Source of the DNA: Dimorphilus gyrociliatus | Taxonomy: Eukaryota > Animalia > Annelida | DNA: 64,000 nt | Direction: 5' to 3' | NCBI GenBank assembly: GCA_904063045.1 | Contig: CAJFCJ010000002.1 | Span: 3,529,891-3,593,890, forward strand | In this document: positions 63,446-64,000 of the stretch, one piece after another | Position numbering within the stretch: the stretch's first letter is position 1 | How the letters are laid out: each line of letters opens with the position of its first letter | Program-made: the position numbers and the translations under genes | Notes under the pieces: generated by a model | Told to the model about the DNA's origin: nothing | Seen by the model: only the letters and a program-made list of their open reading frames with translations | Database searches by the model: none

Positions 63446-64000
63446 ATGTCAGCGAAAAAGGATACAGGCTATGCTTGGATAATAGCTATCAATTCTCTAT
63501 TAATATATAGTCTCTTTGTGATTAGTTTTACCTCATTTGGGGTTCTCATAGTTTATATCACAGAAGCCACAGAGCATTCTTATACAATTGTCTCTTGGAT
63601 AGGAGGTATATCAAAAGCGGTTACAGGTTTTAGTGGTATTTTCTACGGATCGATAGCTAAGAAATTCAGTTGTAGAACTATCTTATTTTCATCGTCTGTT
63701 CTTTTAGCAAGTTGTTATTTCGCAAGTGTTTTTGTTCATAGCGTGACGGGTCTTTTTATTTCGCTTGGTTTAGCTGCTGGATTTTCTTATGGAGCCTTAA
63801 GCTTTTGCGCTGAAGTCAGCGTAGCCGGGTGGTTCATGAAATCAAAATCTCTTGCAATTGCTATGTGTTCATTAGGAACAAGTATAGGGGTATTTATTTG
63901 GACTCCCCTTACCAATATGATGGTTCATGCGTATGGATGGAGGAGTACGCTACTTCTTCTTGCTGGTGTCCATTTAAATGGTTGCGTTCTAGCGATGATA
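63446..64000 (+). CDS. MFS transporter, monocarboxylate transporter (SLC16)-like; 5' part only, runs off the window
   Basis: Open frame MSAKKDTGYAWIIA.., FGVLIVYI, VSWIGGI, KKFSCR, LFISLGLAAGFSYG, WFMKSKSLAIAMCSLGTSIG, YGWRSTLLLLAGVHLNGCV: the SLC16 N-terminal half pattern. Confidence 0.9.
   Translation, partial: MSAKKDTGYAWIIAINSLLIYSLFVISFTSFGVLIVYITEATEHSYTIVSWIGGISKAVTGFSGIFYGSIAKKFSCRTILFSSSVLLASCYFASVFVHSVTGLFISLGLAAGFSYGALSFCAEVSVAGWFMKSKSLAIAMCSLGTSIGVFIWTPLTNMMVHAYGWRSTLLLLAGVHLNGCVLAMI

Overview
Eukaryotic (metazoan) genomic DNA: AT-rich and gene-dense, with very short GT-AG introns (mostly about 50-110 nt). The gene content (NKY-type neuropeptide, DM9 proteins, divergent nAChR alpha) suggests a lophotrochozoan with a compacted genome, for example a miniature annelid such as Dimorphilus; this is inference. 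The ORF track uses TTG/GTG starts and ignores introns, so I rebuilt genes by hand from splice sites and checked reading-frame phase across junctions. About 18 protein-coding genes are supported: a 66-aa membrane microprotein, SUEL lectin, nAChR alpha-type subunit, a 12-exon triplicated Ig-like surface protein, LMBRD1-like, a small Cys-rich single-pass protein, RING-coiled coil-NHL-like, LRR-Ig receptor, orphan GPCR, NKY-like neuropeptide precursor, two DM9 proteins, hydroxyacid oxidase, adenylate cyclase 3, an iGluR ligand-binding-domain-only protein, FKBP12, SSUH2, a flavin amine oxidase and a partial SLC16-like transporter. Top finding: a 302-aa gene (49400-51490) encoding signal peptide plus ionotropic glutamate receptor S1 and S2 lobes fused within one exon, with no N-terminal domain and no pore. 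All canonical glutamate-binding residues are kept and it ends in a GPI-like tail, making it a candidate cell-surface glutamate-binding protein analogous to AChBP. No rRNA, intact tRNA, CRISPR array or intact transposon was recognised.
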